DNA from: a virus
Taxonomy: Duplodnaviria > Caudoviricetes
Virus record (IMG/VR): IMGVR_UViG_3300032024_000074
Location: 1-44,424 of that record
Length of the DNA stretch: 44,424 nucleotides
Reading direction: 5' to 3' (one strand)
Below, in pieces: positions 44,358-44,424 of this stretch (position 1 is its first letter; each line of letters opens with the position of its first letter). The notes beneath the pieces were generated by a model. The model had not been told where the DNA came from and did no database searches. It saw only the letters and a list, made by a program, of their open reading frames with translations. The position numbers and the translations under genes are program-made.

Positions 44358-44424
44358 TCAGCACCGACTTTCGGACGCCATGTGAATCCCTGAAACTTGC
44401 CCTAGCTCGGGCCTCACGATGACC

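Larger units (their letters stand above)
1..44424. mobile_element. Temperate siphovirus-like phage genome (partial), probably excised/circular form
   Basis: Complete lambda-like head-tail gene order, integrase plus excisionase, a tRNA-derived att core flanked by phage genes on both sides, and no host housekeeping genes. Confidence 0.95.

Noticed and set aside
44358-44424. cos site upstream of terS
   Set aside because: The position is plausible, but only 67 bp are visible and no recognisable cosN symmetry can be supported.

Overview
The whole window is most of a high-GC temperate tailed phage genome with a lambda-like siphovirus organisation. It appears to be in its excised form, because an attP-like site lies inside the window with phage genes on both sides. 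The + strand arm (1-7073) carries a DUF6745-like gene with 12-bp repeats, an RDF-like protein, small HTH and Zn-finger proteins, a HerA-like ATPase, a nucleoside-deoxyribosyltransferase-like protein, an excisionase and a tyrosine integrase. Next comes the 3' half of a tRNA-Arg(CCG) gene (7075-7118), read as the attP core. The - strand arm (44357 down to 7228) is one long, tightly coupled late operon. It runs from terminase, gpW, portal and protease-capsid through neck, tail tube, frameshifted chaperones, tape measure and M/L/K/I/J tail tip to a side fibre and a lysis cassette. Five parts are unusual. (1) A stand-alone E2/CAT-fold acyltransferase and a FabG-like SDR sit translationally coupled between gpJ and the tail fibre. 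(2) Four large consecutive genes with Sec-type signal peptides lie in the late operon; two are Cys-rich fibre paralogues and two look like carbohydrate-active proteins. (3) The same ~75-aa domain with a Dx[DN]xDG motif is inserted in both the tail tube protein and gpJ. (4) A 969-aa protein with ~33 repeats lies between portal and capsid, and one copy of its repeat ends the head-tail joining protein. (5) A holin-like protein carries an internal lipobox. All family calls come from reading motifs by eye; no database searches were run. No repressor or replication genes are in the window.
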